A DNA stretch of 64,000 nt from Burkholderiales bacterium (GTDB lineage Bacteria; Pseudomonadota; Gammaproteobacteria; Burkholderiales; Eutrophovitaceae). The notes under the pieces are model-generated. The model made no database searches. It was not told where the DNA came from and saw only the letters and a list, made by a program, of their open reading frames with translations. Location: positions 39,575 to 103,574 of the forward strand of contig JBBDIL010000027.1 in NCBI GenBank assembly GCA_040880425.1. The letters run 5' to 3'. Of this stretch, positions 28,110 through 39,582 are shown one piece after another (position 1 is the first letter of the stretch; every line of letters begins with the position of its first letter). Made by a program: the position numbers and the translations under genes.

Positions 28110-28230
28110 ATTTCGGGGCGATCCGGGTCGCAAGCAGCCAGGCTGAAAATTGACTGAAAAATGCCCGAGTTACCGGGGATACTCACAGGGTACGTTAGCT
28201 TGCATATATAACTCCATGATGTTACTTTAA

Positions 28231-30948
28231 ATGCCCCGTCTAATAACGATCATCAGGGTGGGCGCCTTGGGCAGCTTGTCTCTCCGCGCATGGATCTTTG
28301 CAGGCGTACTGCTGAGCCTGAGTGCAGCGTCGCACGCTGCTGGACTCGGTCAGCTCAACGTGCTTTCTGCGCTCGGTGAGCCGTTCCGGGCCGAGATCGA
28401 CGTCATTGCCAAGAAAAGTGAACTCGGCTCTTTGTCCGTGCAAATGGCGACACCGGCCGCATTCCAGAATGCCGGTCTCAGCTACACGGGCGACATAGCC
28501 GCCATGCGGGTGACGCTCGACAAGCGCGACAGTGGAGAGCCGTTTGTCGCTATTACGTCGACCGAGTCGCTGAACGAACCCTTCATCGATCTGCTCGTCG
28601 AGTTGTCGTGGGCCGCGGGCCGTATCACCCGCCAGTTCACGGCGCTGCTCGACCCGCCGTTCATCGTTGCGGAGCGCGAGCGCCAGGCAGCGGAGCGCGC
28701 GCGACGCGAAGCGGAAGTGCGTGCCGCGCCGACACAGCCTGCGCCGCAACCGGAACCGCTTCCTGAAGCGATTGCGGAAGCCCCGGTCTCCGAGCCCGTT
28801 CCGGCATCGGAACCGCCGGCAACGGACCTGATATCCGAGCCGGAAACACCGGAAACAGCGGCGATGCCCGAACCGCTGGGGCCGGTGGAGACGATCGGCG
28901 GCACTGCGCCGACACTGTTTTCAGCCGAACCTTCCTTCTCATCCGCACCGACTGCCGACAGCTACGGTCCGGTGAAACGGGGCGACACGCTCTATGAGAT
29001 CGCCCGCGATAACAAGCGCGCGGAGCTGACCATCGAGCAGATGCTCGTGTTGTTGTTCAGGAACAATCCGGAAGCGTTTATCGGGCAGAACATGAACCGG
29101 ATGCGAACCGGAAAGATTCTGCGCTTGCCGGATGCATCCCAATTCGGTGCGGTTTCGCCCGCAGATGCGCGCCGTGAAGTCCGGGTTCAGGCGGCCGATT
29201 GGAACGCGTACCGGGAGAGACTGGCGGCAGCCGCGGCGCAGGAAGCACCCTCCGCGGAGCCGGCCGAACAAATGGCCAAGGGCCAGATCGCTCCCAGGGT
29301 TGAGGACAAGGCGCCGGATGCGCAGCAACCCAAAGAAGTCGTAAAGCTTTCGAAGGGCGAGCCTGCATCGGGTGACGCCCCGGGCGCCGGGCAAACTGCG
29401 GGCACCCGCGCCATGGAGGAGGAACTCGTCGCGCGCGAGAAGGCGCTAACGGACGCTAATACCCGCATCGCCAGGCTCGAAAAGACCATAAAGGACCTGC
29501 AGGCGCTGGTCGAGGTCAAGAGTCAGGGCATGGCTGACCTGCAGCAGCAGGCTGGCGAGCCCAGCGCGCCAGAGGCGCCGACTCCCGAAGACAAGGCACT
29601 TGCTGCGCCTGCTGCGGAACAGACGCCGCCGGCGCGGACCGAGTCCGCACCGCCTGCGCCCGCAAGAGAAACGGCGCCCTCGCCCGCGGCTCCCGCGCAG
29701 CAGGCGCGCCCGCGGCCGGCCCCGCCGCCGCCACCCCCGCCAAGCCTCCTCGATCAGGTGCTCGAACAACCCTTGTATCTCGCGGGTCTGGCGCTTGGCG
29801 TACTGGTAATCGGGCTGCTGGCATTGCGCGTGGTCAAGCGTCGGCGCGAAGCCAAGGGCGAAGTCGCCGAAGAGGTTGCGCCTGCGGCTTCTGCGGGAGG
29901 TGCCGCTGCATTTTCTCCGACCGAAACCGATGTCGGACTGTCATCGGAAAGATCGCGTGACATTGCAGAAGAGGTCGACCCGCTGGAAGAGGCTGAAATC
30001 TTCCTCGCCTACGGTCGGGACGCGCAAGCCGAGGAGTTGCTCAAGGAAGCGCTCACGGTGCATCCCAACCGTCATGAGATCCATCTGAAGCTTCTCGAGA
30101 TCTATGCCAAGCGCAAGGACGCGCGTGCTTTCGAGGGTGCGGCAAATCAGCTGGAGAAAGCCACCGGCGGCAAGGGCGATTTGTGGGATCGGGTGGTGGC
30201 GCTCGGTTATCAGGTCAGTCCGGACAATCCGCGGTATGCCGCCGGACGCACGGAGGGCGATGAAGCGCCGGAGGCCGCGTCTGAAACCGAACGTCTGGAC
30301 CTGGACATCGGTCTGGGAGGCGACGCGGAATCCACGACGGCGACCGACATCGATCTCGGTGAAGCCGGCGAGTTCGATCGAACCCAGATCATGTCCGCGC
30401 CACCCGCCGAGGAGGACAGCGAGCCGGCCTTCGGGCGTACGACCCAGTCGCCGGCAATGGACTTCGAAGCCGACGCGCCTGCAGCCGAACCGTCGGAATC
30501 GGCCTCGGACGCTGACGAAGCGGGAGCAAAGAACGCCAACGCCATCGATTTCGATTTCGACGTAAGCAAGCTGTCAGCCGGCGAACCGGAAGCGGGGCCA
30601 GAGCCTGAACAGGAGGCGAAGTCGGATAATGGTCTCGATTTCGACATCGGCACGCTTTCCCTGGACACGGGGTCGGGCGAAGAAGAGGAGCCGCAATCGA
30701 CCGACACGATGCCGAGCATCGACCTGTCGAATATCAGCCTCGATATGGACAGTGCCACCACCAGCCCGACGAGCCCGGTCGGCAAGGACGAGAAATGGTA
30801 TGAGGTGCAGACGAAGTTCGATCTTGCCAAGGCGTACCAGGAGATGGGCGACAAGGACGGCGCGCGCGAGATCCTGAGGGAAGTGATCGCCGAAGGGGAC
30901 GCAGAGCAGAAAGCGGCCGCCCAGGAAGTGCTGTCCTCCCTCGAGTAG
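28231..30948 (+). CDS. fimV: FimV/HubP-family polar landmark protein (LysM, acidic low-complexity region, C-terminal TPR/FimV motif)
   Basis: 905 aa. N-terminal LGQLNVLSALGEPFRAEIDV, a LysM-like segment YGPVKRGDTLYEIA..., a Pro/Ala/Glu-rich region, one TM segment, and the C-terminal TKFDLAKAYQEMGDKDGAREIL. Confidence 0.85.
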   Translation: MPRLITIIRVGALGSLSLRAWIFAGVLLSLSAASHAAGLGQLNVLSALGEPFRAEIDVIAKKSELGSLSVQMATPAAFQNAGLSYTGDIAAMRVTLDKRDSGEPFVAITSTESLNEPFIDLLVELSWAAGRITRQFTALLDPPFIVAERERQAAERARREAEVRAAPTQPAPQPEPLPEAIAEAPVSEPVPASEPPATDLISEPETPETAAMPEPLGPVETIGGTAPTLFSAEPSFSSAPTADSYGPVKRGDTLYEIARDNKRAELTIEQMLVLLFRNNPEAFIGQNMNRMRTGKILRLPDASQFGAVSPADARREVRVQAADWNAYRERLAAAAAQEAPSAEPAEQMAKGQIAPRVEDKAPDAQQPKEVVKLSKGEPASGDAPGAGQTAGTRAMEEELVAREKALTDANTRIARLEKTIKDLQALVEVKSQGMADLQQQAGEPSAPEAPTPEDKALAAPAAEQTPPARTESAPPAPARETAPSPAAPAQQARPRPAPPPPPPPSLLDQVLEQPLYLAGLALGVLVIGLLALRVVKRRREAKGEVAEEVAPAASAGGAAAFSPTETDVGLSSERSRDIAEEVDPLEEAEIFLAYGRDAQAEELLKEALTVHPNRHEIHLKLLEIYAKRKDARAFEGAANQLEKATGGKGDLWDRVVALGYQVSPDNPRYAAGRTEGDEAPEAASETERLDLDIGLGGDAESTTATDIDLGEAGEFDRTQIMSAPPAEEDSEPAFGRTTQSPAMDFEADAPAAEPSESASDADEAGAKNANAIDFDFDVSKLSAGEPEAGPEPEQEAKSDNGLDFDIGTLSLDTGSGEEEEPQSTDTMPSIDLSNISLDMDSATTSPTSPVGKDEKWYEVQTKFDLAKAYQEMGDKDGAREILREVIAEGDAEQKAAAQEVLSSLE

Positions 30949-30968
30949 AAAACTTCTTGCGACTGGAC

Positions 30969-31012
30969 GGGCGTGTGCTGCGACAGGCAAGCGGCACGCG
31001 CCTTTTGTTTTT
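30969..31012 (+). terminator. Candidate intrinsic terminator after fimV
   Basis: gggcgtgtgc pairs with gcacgcgcc (one mismatch), followed by ttttgttttt. Confidence 0.6.
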
Positions 31013-31027
31013 CGGGTAACCGTTTGA

Positions 31028-31828
31028 ATGAGAATCGCGCTCGGGCTTGAATACGATGGCGCTGCATTCTGCGGCTGGCAGACTCAGCCGGACCGTTGCA
31101 GCGTGCAGGATGCGCTCGAGTCCGCGCTCGGGCAGATCGCAACGCAGCCGATCGATACCACCTGCGCGGGGCGCACCGATGCAGGCGTACACGCGCTCTC
31201 GCAGATCGTGCATTTCGACACCGAGATGGCGCGCCCGCACACTGCGTGGACGCGCGGTGTGAACGCGCTGTTACCGGAGAGCGTAAGCGTGCTTTGGGCC
31301 AGGCAGGTCGATATGGCGTTCCATGCCAGGTATTCCGCCATATCCAGACGCTATGTCTACTATCTCCTGGACCGTCCGCAACGCCCGGGACTGCTGAACG
31401 GGCGCGTCGGCTGGTTTCATTTTCGGCTCGACATCGATCGTATGAGCGAGGCGGCCGCCTTCCTGATCGGAGAGCATGATTTCAGTGCCTTCCGTGCGGC
31501 AGAGTGCCAGGCAAAGACCGCGGTGCGAACCTTGCATTTCGTTGCGATCTCCCGGCGAGAGAATCTGGTGCGCCTCGAGTTTTCGGCCAACGCGTTTCTA
31601 CATCACATGGTGCGCAATATCGTCGGCTCGCTCGTCTACGTCGGGTGCGGACGCCAGCCGGCGCAATGGATGCGTGAACTGCTGCTGTCGCGCGACCGCA
31701 ATGCGGCGGCGCCGACATTCTCCCCGGCCGGACTCTATTTTGCGGCAGTAGAATACGATCGTGATTGGGGCCTGCCGCCGGAATCAGGCACCACCGAGTT
31801 CGAGGAAGCGCTTTTCGGCGCGGTCTGA
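31028..31828 (+). CDS. truA: tRNA pseudouridine(38-40) synthase
   Basis: 266 aa with YDG..F.GWQ and the catalytic GRTDAGVHA. Confidence 0.95.
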   Translation: MRIALGLEYDGAAFCGWQTQPDRCSVQDALESALGQIATQPIDTTCAGRTDAGVHALSQIVHFDTEMARPHTAWTRGVNALLPESVSVLWARQVDMAFHARYSAISRRYVYYLLDRPQRPGLLNGRVGWFHFRLDIDRMSEAAAFLIGEHDFSAFRAAECQAKTAVRTLHFVAISRRENLVRLEFSANAFLHHMVRNIVGSLVYVGCGRQPAQWMRELLLSRDRNAAAPTFSPAGLYFAAVEYDRDWGLPPESGTTEFEEALFGAV

Positions 31829-31836
31829 ATGTTCCA

Positions 31837-32460
31837 GTGGCGATTGCTGTAAAGATCTGCGGGATAACGCGTGAACAGGATGCGCTGGCAGCTGCGCAGG
31901 CCGGCGCGCATGCTGTGGGAATGGTGTTCCATGCGCGCAGCGCGCGCGCGATCGAGGTGGAGACCGCCCGTCGCATCGTGAGCGTGCTGCCGGCGTTCGT
32001 CACTCCGGTCGCGTTGTTTGTCGATCCGACAGCAGCCGAAGTGGAGCGCGTAATCGAAGAAGGACGTCCGCAGCTTCTCCAGTTTCACGGCGAGGAATCT
32101 CCGGATTTCTGCCGCCAGTTCGGCATGCCCTATGTAAAGGCCGTCAGGGTCCGGCTTGGGGTGGATTTGCTACAATACGCGCGCCTTTATGCCGATGCGA
32201 AAGGCCTTCTTCTCGACGCGTTCGTCAAAGGCAGCCATGGCGGCACCGGCGCTGCATTCGACTGGGATCTGATCCCTCAGAACGTGCCATTGCCGGTCGT
32301 TCTTGCCGGCGGGTTGACCCCGGAAAACGTTGCACAGGCAGTGCAAAAGGTAAGGCCCTGGGCGGTGGATGTCAGCAGCGGAGTCGAAGCGGCCAAGGGC
32401 ATAAAAGACGCGGCGAAAATTGCCGCCTTCATCCGAGGAGCGAGAGATGCAGATGTATGA
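31837..32460 (+). CDS. trpF: Phosphoribosylanthranilate isomerase
   Basis: VKICGIT...GMVF.... In-frame GTG 31837 is chosen because the track start 31765 overlaps truA. The exact start is uncertain. Confidence 0.88.
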   Translation: MAIAVKICGITREQDALAAAQAGAHAVGMVFHARSARAIEVETARRIVSVLPAFVTPVALFVDPTAAEVERVIEEGRPQLLQFHGEESPDFCRQFGMPYVKAVRVRLGVDLLQYARLYADAKGLLLDAFVKGSHGGTGAAFDWDLIPQNVPLPVVLAGGLTPENVAQAVQKVRPWAVDVSSGVEAAKGIKDAAKIAAFIRGARDADV

Positions 32461-33664
32461 CGCCCTCAAGGCGTACAACCTACCGGACGGCCACGGACAT
32501 TTCGGTCCCTATGGCGGCGTATTCGTGGCGGAAACACTGGTGCATGCGCTCGACGATCTGCGCACACAGTATGAGCGCCTGCGCAACGATCCGGATTTCC
32601 TCGCCGAATTTCACTCGGAACTGAAACACTACGTCGGGCGGCCAAGCCCTGTTTACCACGCGACCCATTTGTCGCGGAAGATCGGTGGCGCGCAGATCTG
32701 GCTCAAGCGCGAGGACTTGAACCACACCGGCGCGCACAAGATCAACAATACGGTCGGCCAGGCCCTGCTTGCGCGGCACATGGGCAAAAAGCGCGTGATC
32801 GCCGAGACCGGCGCCGGGCAGCACGGCGTGGCGTCGGCGACGGTCGCGGCGCGATACGGAATGGAATGCGTCGTCTACATGGGCTCGGAAGACGTCAGAC
32901 GCCAGGCCATGAACGTGTACCGCATGAAGCTTCTGGGCGCCAGCGTGGTGCCGGTTGAAAGCGGATCGAAAACCCTGAAGGATGCGCTGAACGAAGCGAT
33001 GCGCGACTGGGTAACGAATGTCGATGGCACTTTTTACATCATCGGCACAGTTGCCGGGCCGCATCCCTACCCGATGATGGTGCGGGATTTCAATTCCGTG
33101 GTCGGCCGTGAACTGCGCGAACAGATGCCGGAGGAGATCGGCCGCCAGCCGGATGCGATCATCGCCTGCGTCGGCGGCGGTTCGAATGCAATTGGTGCGT
33201 TCTATCCCTATATCGAGGACAAGTCGGTGCGCCTGATCGGTGTCGAGGCTGCCGGGTTGGGGCTCGCCTCCGGCCACCATGCCGCGCCCCTGTGCGCGGG
33301 CAAGCCCGGGGTCCTGCATGGCAACCGCACTTACCTGATGCAGGATGACAACGGGCAGATCATCGAAACCCACTCGATCTCGGCGGGCCTCGATTATCCC
33401 GGGGTGGGTCCCGAACACGCCTGGCTCAAGGACAGCGGCCGGGCGGAGTATGTCTCCGCTACCGATGACGAAGCGCTGAATGCCTTCCATACGCTGACCC
33501 GATGCGAAGGCATCATGCCGGCACTTGAATCCGCCCACGCGGTGGCGCATGCAATGAAGATCGCGGCACAGATGCACAAGGACGAGGTGCTGCTGGTCAA
33601 CCTCTCCGGCCGCGGCGACAAGGATATGCACACCGTGGCGCAGGCGTCGGGAATCGATCTCTAG
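32447..33664 (+). CDS. trpB: Tryptophan synthase beta chain
   Basis: MQMYD...[30 protein letters not shown] 32447 follows GGAG and overlaps the trpF end by 14 nt. Confidence 0.97.
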   Translation: MQMYDALKAYNLPDGHGHFGPYGGVFVAETLVHALDDLRTQYERLRNDPDFLAEFHSELKHYVGRPSPVYHATHLSRKIGGAQIWLKREDLNHTGAHKINNTVGQALLARHMGKKRVIAETGAGQHGVASATVAARYGMECVVYMGSEDVRRQAMNVYRMKLLGASVVPVESGSKTLKDALNEAMRDWVTNVDGTFYIIGTVAGPHPYPMMVRDFNSVVGRELREQMPEEIGRQPDAIIACVGGGSNAIGAFYPYIEDKSVRLIGVEAAGLGLASGHHAAPLCAGKPGVLHGNRTYLMQDDNGQIIETHSISAGLDYPGVGPEHAWLKDSGRAEYVSATDDEALNAFHTLTRCEGIMPALESAHAVAHAMKIAAQMHKDEVLLVNLSGRGDKDMHTVAQASGIDL

Positions 33665-33666
33665 GA

Positions 33667-33770
33667 CAAGGATGAGGGCGGAAGCATGAAGGATGAAGCG
33701 AAAGCAGGACACGCAACCGGGGCGGAGCCGAGCCTGGACTTCATCCTTCCGCCTTCATGCTTCATCCTTG
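33667..33770. repeat. Intercistronic inverted repeat, element F (ATGAAG-type arms) inside trpB-trpA
   Basis: Left arm is caaggatgagggcggaagcatgaaggatgaag. The reverse complement of the right arm is caaggatgaagcatgaaggcggaaggatgaag. Spacer is ~30 nt. Confidence 0.8.
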
Positions 33771-33779
33771 CATAAAACC

Positions 33780-34583
33780 ATGTCCCGCATTGCTTCCACC
33801 TTCGAGAGACTCAAGTCGCAAGGCCACAAGGCGCTGATTCCGTTCGTAACCGCGGGCGACCCGGCGCCGGACATGACGGTGCCGATCATGCACGCGCTGG
33901 TGGCCGGCGGCGCGGATGTCATCGAGCTGGGCGTACCCTTCTCCGATCCGATGGCGGACGGCCCAACCATCCAGCGTTCCAGCGAGCGGGCGCTGAAACA
34001 CGGCGTCGGGCTGAAGGATGTGCTGCGATTCGTCGCCGGGTTTCGCCAGAAGGACACCGTCACCCCGGTCGTGCTGATGGGTTATGCAAACCCGATCGAA
34101 GCCATGGGCCACGCAGTCTTCGCGCAGCAGGCGAGCGATGCAGGCGTGGATGGCGTGCTGGTGGTGGACTATCCGCCGGAGGAAAGCGTGGCGTTGACGC
34201 AGGAACTCAAGCCGCGCGGCATCGATTCGATATTTTTGCTGGCGCCGACTTCCGTGGAAACTCGCATGGACGACGTGGCGCGAGTGGCGAGCGGATACGT
34301 CTATTATGTTTCGCTCAAGGGCGTCACCGGCGCCGCCAGCCTGGATCTGAAAGAGGTGGCCGCGAGGATTCCCCAGATACGCGCGCACGTGAACCTGCCC
34401 ATCGGTGTCGGTTTTGGCATCCGCGACGCGGCCACGGCAAAGGCGATCGCGGCCGTATCCGACGCGGTGGTCATCGGGAGCTGGCTGGTGCAGGAAATCG
34501 AGAAGTCGCCGGCGGCAGACGTGCTGAACAATATAACCATGCTGCTTGGCGGTGTCCGTCGTGCGATGGACGGTGTCGCCTAG
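33780..34583 (+). CDS. trpA: Tryptophan synthase alpha chain
   Basis: Starts [28 protein letters not shown]. Also [14 protein letters not shown]. The track start at 33693 lies inside the repeat. Confidence 0.95.
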   Translation: MSRIASTFERLKSQGHKALIPFVTAGDPAPDMTVPIMHALVAGGADVIELGVPFSDPMADGPTIQRSSERALKHGVGLKDVLRFVAGFRQKDTVTPVVLMGYANPIEAMGHAVFAQQASDAGVDGVLVVDYPPEESVALTQELKPRGIDSIFLLAPTSVETRMDDVARVASGYVYYVSLKGVTGAASLDLKEVAARIPQIRAHVNLPIGVGFGIRDAATAKAIAAVSDAVVIGSWLVQEIEKSPAADVLNNITMLLGGVRRAMDGVA

Positions 34584-34603
34584 AGCGCAAGGCCGAGGCA
34601 AAC

Positions 34604-35467
34604 ATGAGCTGGCTGCAGAAACTGCTTCCACCGAAAATCAAGCGGGCCGTAGGCTCGAGCAGGAAGGCAGTGCCCGAGGGGCTCTGGAGCAAGTGCGCCA
34701 TCTGTGAAACCGTTCTGTACCGCGCGGATCTCGAAAAGAACCTCAACGTCTGTCCGAAGTGCAATCACCATAACCGCCTGACGGCTCGCGAGCGCCTCGA
34801 CTTCACGCTGGATGCAGAAGGTCGCTACGAGATCGGCGCCGAAGTCGAGCCGGTCGATTTTCTCAAGTTCGTCGACAGCAAACGCTACACCGAGCGACTT
34901 GCGGAGGCTGCGGCAGAGACCGGAGAAGAAGACGCGCTGGTGGTCATGCAAGGGGCGATCAAGACGGTGCCGGTGGTAGTTGCCGCGTTCGAGTTTCGCT
35001 TCCTGGGCGGCTCGATGGGTTCGGTCGTCGGCGAGCGATTCGTGCGGGGCGTGCAGGTCTGTTGCGAACAGAATCTGCCGTTCGTGTGTTTCTCGGCGAG
35101 CGGGGGCGCGCGCATGCAGGAAGGCCTGATGTCACTCATGCAGATGGCAAAAACCACCGCAGCGCTAACCCAGCTTTCCCGGGCCCGCCTGCCGTTCATA
35201 TCGGTGCTCACCGATCCAACCATGGGCGGTGTGTCGGCCAGTTTTGCGCTGATCGGCGACGTGGTCATCGCCGAGCCGGGCGCGCTGATCGGCTTCGCCG
35301 GTCCGCGCGTAATCGAGCAGACCGTGCGTCAGACTCTGCCCGAAGGGTTCCAGCGCGCCGAGTTTCTGCTCGAACATGGCGCCGTCGATATGATCGTCGA
35401 TCGCAGGCAGTTGCGCGACCGGCTGGTCAATCTGATCACACAGCTGATGCGCGTGCCTGCCGTCTGA
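34604..35467 (+). CDS. accD: Acetyl-CoA carboxylase carboxyltransferase beta subunit
   Basis: 287 aa with a Zn ribbon (CxxC...CPKC) and [12 protein letters not shown]. Confidence 0.96.
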   Translation: MSWLQKLLPPKIKRAVGSSRKAVPEGLWSKCAICETVLYRADLEKNLNVCPKCNHHNRLTARERLDFTLDAEGRYEIGAEVEPVDFLKFVDSKRYTERLAEAAAETGEEDALVVMQGAIKTVPVVVAAFEFRFLGGSMGSVVGERFVRGVQVCCEQNLPFVCFSASGGARMQEGLMSLMQMAKTTAALTQLSRARLPFISVLTDPTMGGVSASFALIGDVVIAEPGALIGFAGPRVIEQTVRQTLPEGFQRAEFLLEHGAVDMIVDRRQLRDRLVNLITQLMRVPAV

Positions 35468-35520
35468 ACCACTCGTCCAGCAGCTGCCAGACGATCTACG
35501 ATCCATATCATCCCAAGCGA

Positions 35521-36780
35521 TTGGCGCAGACAACACTTGAAGACTGGCTCGCCAGAATCGAAAGACTGCACCCGAAGAGTGTGGATCTCGGTCTGGACCG
35601 GGTTGCCGTTGTACGCGACGCCGCCGGCCTGGCGGCAGATTTCCCGATTATTGCCGTCGCCGGCACCAACGGTAAGGGTTCCACCTGTGCATTGCTGGAA
35701 GCGATGTTTACCCGTGCAGGGTTCCGGGTGGGCGTGTATACCTCGCCGCACCTGCTTGCATTCAACGAGCGTGTGCGAATCGGCGGCATGAACGCGGCGA
35801 ATGGCGCGTTGTGCCAGGCATTCGAGCGCATCGAGGCCGCGCGCGGGCCGATATCGTTGACTTACTTCGAGTTCGCGACACTGGCAGCGATCGATCTGTT
35901 TCAGAGGGCTCCGGTGGATGCCGCGGTGCTCGAGGTGGGGCTTGGCGGCAGGCTGGACGCGGTGAATGCGTTCGATGCGGATTGCGCTGTCGTGACGTCG
36001 GTTGACTTCGACCACATGGACTATCTCGGGCCTGACCGGGAATCGATCGGACGCGAGAAGGCGGGCATCTTTCGCGCCGGCAAACCGGCCGTCTGCGCGG
36101 ACGAGAGTCCGCCGCGGTCAATGCTCGACTACGCGAACAGCCTTGGCGCCGAGCTGAGACTTGCCGGGCGAGACTACGGCTTTGTCGACGAAGGCAGTCA
36201 ATGGCACTTCTGGAGTGCGGCAGGCCGAAGGGCCGGCCTGCCTCATCCGGCTTTACGGGGAAGATTTCAACTGGCCAATGCCGCTGCCGCGATCGCCGCG
36301 ATCGAGGCCATGCACCATCGCCTGCCGGTGGACATGGGAGCGATCCGCCAGGGACTGGTCGGGGTCGAACTGACTGGCCGCTTCCAGGTGCTGCCGGGAA
36401 AGCCGACGGTGGTGCTGGACGTTGCACACAACCCGCAGTCCGCACGGACGCTTGCCGCAAGCCTGGAAGAGATGCCGCACAGCGGGCGGACGCTCGCAGT
36501 GTTCGCCATGCTCGCGGACAAGGACATCGCCGGCGTGGTTGCCGCGCTTCGGCCCACGGTGTCGCAGTGGTTCATCGGTTCGCTCGATGTGCCCCGCGGG
36601 GCCTCCGCCGAGACGGTGCGAAGCGCCCTCGGCGAAGCGGCGGCCGACGCCCGGGTATTTGCCGACCCTGCACTGGCATACACTGCGGCGAGGGAAACTG
36701 CGGCCGGGAATGATAGAATTCTCGTGTTCGGATCGTTCTATACGGTGAGCGCAGTTCTCCGGGCGATGCAGTCTGCGTAA
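35521..36780 (+). CDS. folC: Bifunctional folylpolyglutamate synthase/dihydrofolate synthase
   Basis: P-loop AGTNGKGST with a Mur-ligase layout. There is no in-frame ATG near the N-terminus. TTG 35521 gives (M)AQTTLEDWLARIERLH, a typical FolC N-terminus. The start is uncertain. Confidence 0.85.
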   Translation: MAQTTLEDWLARIERLHPKSVDLGLDRVAVVRDAAGLAADFPIIAVAGTNGKGSTCALLEAMFTRAGFRVGVYTSPHLLAFNERVRIGGMNAANGALCQAFERIEAARGPISLTYFEFATLAAIDLFQRAPVDAAVLEVGLGGRLDAVNAFDADCAVVTSVDFDHMDYLGPDRESIGREKAGIFRAGKPAVCADESPPRSMLDYANSLGAELRLAGRDYGFVDEGSQWHFWSAAGRRAGLPHPALRGRFQLANAAAAIAAIEAMHHRLPVDMGAIRQGLVGVELTGRFQVLPGKPTVVLDVAHNPQSARTLAASLEEMPHSGRTLAVFAMLADKDIAGVVAALRPTVSQWFIGSLDVPRGASAETVRSALGEAAADARVFADPALAYTAARETAAGNDRILVFGSFYTVSAVLRAMQSA

Positions 36781-36795
36781 CACGCTCACGCGAAA

Positions 36796-37365
36796 ATGGC
36801 GAAAACGACGAAAGCATTCAGCGACGACGAGCTTCAGCTCAAGAAACGCGCACGAAGGCGGCTGGTGGGAGCCATAGCACTGGTGCTCGCGGTGGTCGTA
36901 TTCCTGCCCATGATCCTCGACAACGAGCCCAAGCCGCTCAGCGAGGATATCGCCATCAACATCCCTCCGATTCCCCAGCCCGACGCCGGGGAGCCTCTGC
37001 CTGCGCCAGAGCCGGAGCCTTCGCCACCGCCGGTCGCCGAGCCGCCTGCGAGTGCGCCTGCGCCCAAGACGGAGACGCAGGCGCCGAGCGTCAGGCCCGC
37101 TCCGACTCAGCCGGCGGTACGCGAGGGCTACGTGGTACAGCTGGGGGCATTCTCCAATCCCGCGAACGCCCGACAGCTGCTGGAAAAGTTGCGCGAGAAT
37201 CGGTTCAGCGCCTATACCGAAGTTGTCAGGACGCCCAATGGCGAACGCACGCGTGTCCGGGTCGGCCCGTTCCCTTCGCGCGATGCGGCAGAGCAGTCGC
37301 GGGAGCGGCTGCGTGCGAGAAAGCTGGTAATCGGTGAAGCCACGATCGTGCAGCTCGGCGACTGA
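36796..37365 (+). CDS. dedD: SPOR-domain cell-division protein (DedD-like)
   Basis: 189 aa with an N-terminal TM anchor, a Pro-rich linker and a C-terminal SPOR motif YVVQLGAFSNPANA...RVRVGPF. Sits in the conserved folC-dedD-cvpA-purF order. Confidence 0.75.
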   Translation: MAKTTKAFSDDELQLKKRARRRLVGAIALVLAVVVFLPMILDNEPKPLSEDIAINIPPIPQPDAGEPLPAPEPEPSPPPVAEPPASAPAPKTETQAPSVRPAPTQPAVREGYVVQLGAFSNPANARQLLEKLRENRFSAYTEVVRTPNGERTRVRVGPFPSRDAAEQSRERLRARKLVIGEATIVQLGD

Positions 37366-37440
37366 TGCCGGACTCCGGCACAGCCGTGCGCCGATCGGCA
37401 GAATGAGATTCTCCGGGCTCGTCCGGGGGGCGCAGACCGG

Positions 37441-37944
37441 ATGACCGTATTCGACTACGTGCTGCTGCTGATTCTGGGCGTTTCGGTCACCATCAGCGTA
37501 GTACGCGGTCTGGTTCGAGAGGTGCTGTCGCTGGCCTCGTGGATAGGCGCTTTTCTGGTGGCCAAGTACGGCGCGCCAGTGGTGGCGAGCTGGTTGCCGG
37601 ACGCAGTTTCACACCCGAATGTGCGGCTCGGGTTCGGGTTCGTGCTGGTACTGGTGGCGACGGTGTTGCTGTTCAGCCTGCTGTCGCTGCAGGTCGCGAA
37701 GCTGGTCAAGCTCACCGGACTCACCGGTACCGACCGCACGCTGGGCGCGCTGTTCGGACTTGCGAGGGGTTTTCTGATCGCGATGATCGCGGTGCTGTTC
37801 GGGGGATTGACGCCATTGCCGCAGGAAAGATATTGGCGCGAGGCGATGTTCAGCGTGCCGTTGCAGAGAGCTGCGCTATGGATCGGGCCGGTATTGCCCG
37901 ACGACATTCGTGACCGTATCAGCTTCGAGAGAGGGCAGGATTGA
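37441..37944 (+). CDS. cvpA: Colicin V production protein CvpA
   Basis: 167 aa with four TM helices. Conserved position before purF. Confidence 0.88.
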   Translation: MTVFDYVLLLILGVSVTISVVRGLVREVLSLASWIGAFLVAKYGAPVVASWLPDAVSHPNVRLGFGFVLVLVATVLLFSLLSLQVAKLVKLTGLTGTDRTLGALFGLARGFLIAMIAVLFGGLTPLPQERYWREAMFSVPLQRAALWIGPVLPDDIRDRISFERGQD

Positions 37945-38009
37945 ACTATACTTTTGCCGCGCTACACAAAACTGCCGTGCTGCTGCGGCCGGGTCAGGAG
38001 GCCTGAGGC

Positions 38010-39530
38010 ATGTGTGGAATCATCGGCGTCGTCTCGAGATCGCCGGCCAACCAGTTGCTCTATGACGGGCTGCTGATCCTGCAGCATCGGGGGCAGGACG
38101 CGGCAGGCATCGTCACTGCCGACGGCAGCCAGTTCCAGATGCACAAGGGCGGAGGGTTGGTGCGCGACGTGTTTCGCACCCGCGACATGCGCCACCTGGT
38201 CGGCAACATCGGTATCGGGCACTGCCGCTACCCGACCGCCGGCTCGGCCGCGTCGTTTGCCGAAGCGCAACCGCTGTACGTGAACTCCCCGTTCGGCGTG
38301 GTGCTCGGCCACAACGGCAATCTCACCAACTCGGATCAGCTCAAGCGCGAACTCTTCCGGCAGGACCTGCGTCACGTCAACACCAGCTCCGACTCGGAAG
38401 TGCTTCTGAACGTGCTTGCGCACGAGCTCCAGGAGGCAGCCACTGGCTACCAGCTCGACCCGCAGACGATTTTCGAGGCGGTGGCTGGTGTGCACCGGCG
38501 TTGCCGCGGCGCCTACGCGGTCGTGGCCATGATCGCCGGCTACGGCCTGCTGGCATTCCGCGACCCCTACGGTATCCGCCCGCTGGTAGTGGGCGTGTCG
38601 AAGACCGAACAGGGGCAGGAGTACATGGTGGCGTCGGAGAGCGTGGCGCTCAGCGCGATGGGTTTCGACCTGGTGCGCGACGTCGAGCCGGGTGAGGCGA
38701 TCTTTGTGGACTATGACGGCAACTTCTACAGCCGTCAGTGTGCTGCCAGTCCGCAGCAGTTCCCGTGCATTTTCGAGTATGTCTATCTGGCGCGACCGGA
38801 CTCGGTGATCGACGGGATTTCGGTCTACGAGTCGCGCATGCGCATGGGGCGCAGTCTGGCCGAAAAGATCAAACGCGACCATGCCGGACTTGGTATCGAT
38901 GTGGTGATTCCGATTCCGGATTCCAGCCGCCCGTCTGCGATGGACCTGGCCGACCGGCTCGGCGTGGCATACCGGGAGGGATTCATCAAGAACCGTTATA
39001 TCGGCCGCACTTTCATCATGCCGGGCCAGGAAGTACGCAGGAAATCCGTACGGCAGAAACTGAACGCCATCGACACCGAGTTCCGCGGCAAAAACGTGCT
39101 GCTGGTTGACGATTCGATCGTGCGCGGCACCACCAGCCGTGAGATCGTGCAGATGGCGCGCGACGCCGGTGCGCGCAAGGTGTTCTTCGCTTCCGCTGCG
39201 CCGCCCGTGCGCTATCCGAACGTGTACGGCATCGACATGCCGACATCGAAGGAACTGATCGCCTTCGGCCGTACAGATGCGGAAATCTCCCGCGAGATTG
39301 GCGCAGACCGGCTGATCTACCAGGACCTGGACGATCTGGTCGAGGCTTGCCGGTCAGTCAATCCTGCGATTCAGCATTTCGAGACTTCATGTTTCACCGG
39401 GATCTACGTCACCGGGGATATCACGCCGGAGTACCTGGCCGATGTCGAAGCCCAGCGCAACGACGGCGAACTGCGCCGCCAGCAGGCGGCAAGCACGCAG
39501 CTCGACTTGAACCTCGCCACCAGCGACTGA
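38010..39530 (+). CDS. purF: Amidophosphoribosyltransferase
   Basis: 506 aa with the MCGI N-terminal nucleophile and the PRTase motif [13 protein letters not shown]. Confidence 0.98.
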   Translation: MCGIIGVVSRSPANQLLYDGLLILQHRGQDAAGIVTADGSQFQMHKGGGLVRDVFRTRDMRHLVGNIGIGHCRYPTAGSAASFAEAQPLYVNSPFGVVLGHNGNLTNSDQLKRELFRQDLRHVNTSSDSEVLLNVLAHELQEAATGYQLDPQTIFEAVAGVHRRCRGAYAVVAMIAGYGLLAFRDPYGIRPLVVGVSKTEQGQEYMVASESVALSAMGFDLVRDVEPGEAIFVDYDGNFYSRQCAASPQQFPCIFEYVYLARPDSVIDGISVYESRMRMGRSLAEKIKRDHAGLGIDVVIPIPDSSRPSAMDLADRLGVAYREGFIKNRYIGRTFIMPGQEVRRKSVRQKLNAIDTEFRGKNVLLVDDSIVRGTTSREIVQMARDAGARKVFFASAAPPVRYPNVYGIDMPTSKELIAFGRTDAEISREIGADRLIYQDLDDLVEACRSVNPAIQHFETSCFTGIYVTGDITPEYLADVEAQRNDGELRRQQAASTQLDLNLATSD

Positions 39531-39582
39531 TTCCGATCCCCCGGCAGGTTGACAGCAGTGTCGGCCGGGAGTAGCTTCTGTT

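Noticed and set aside
35062-35520. N-terminal 153-codon extension of the folC ORF overlapping accD
   Set aside because: The extension is out-of-frame overlap with the well-supported accD and has no FolC similarity. The FolC-like sequence begins near TTG 35521.
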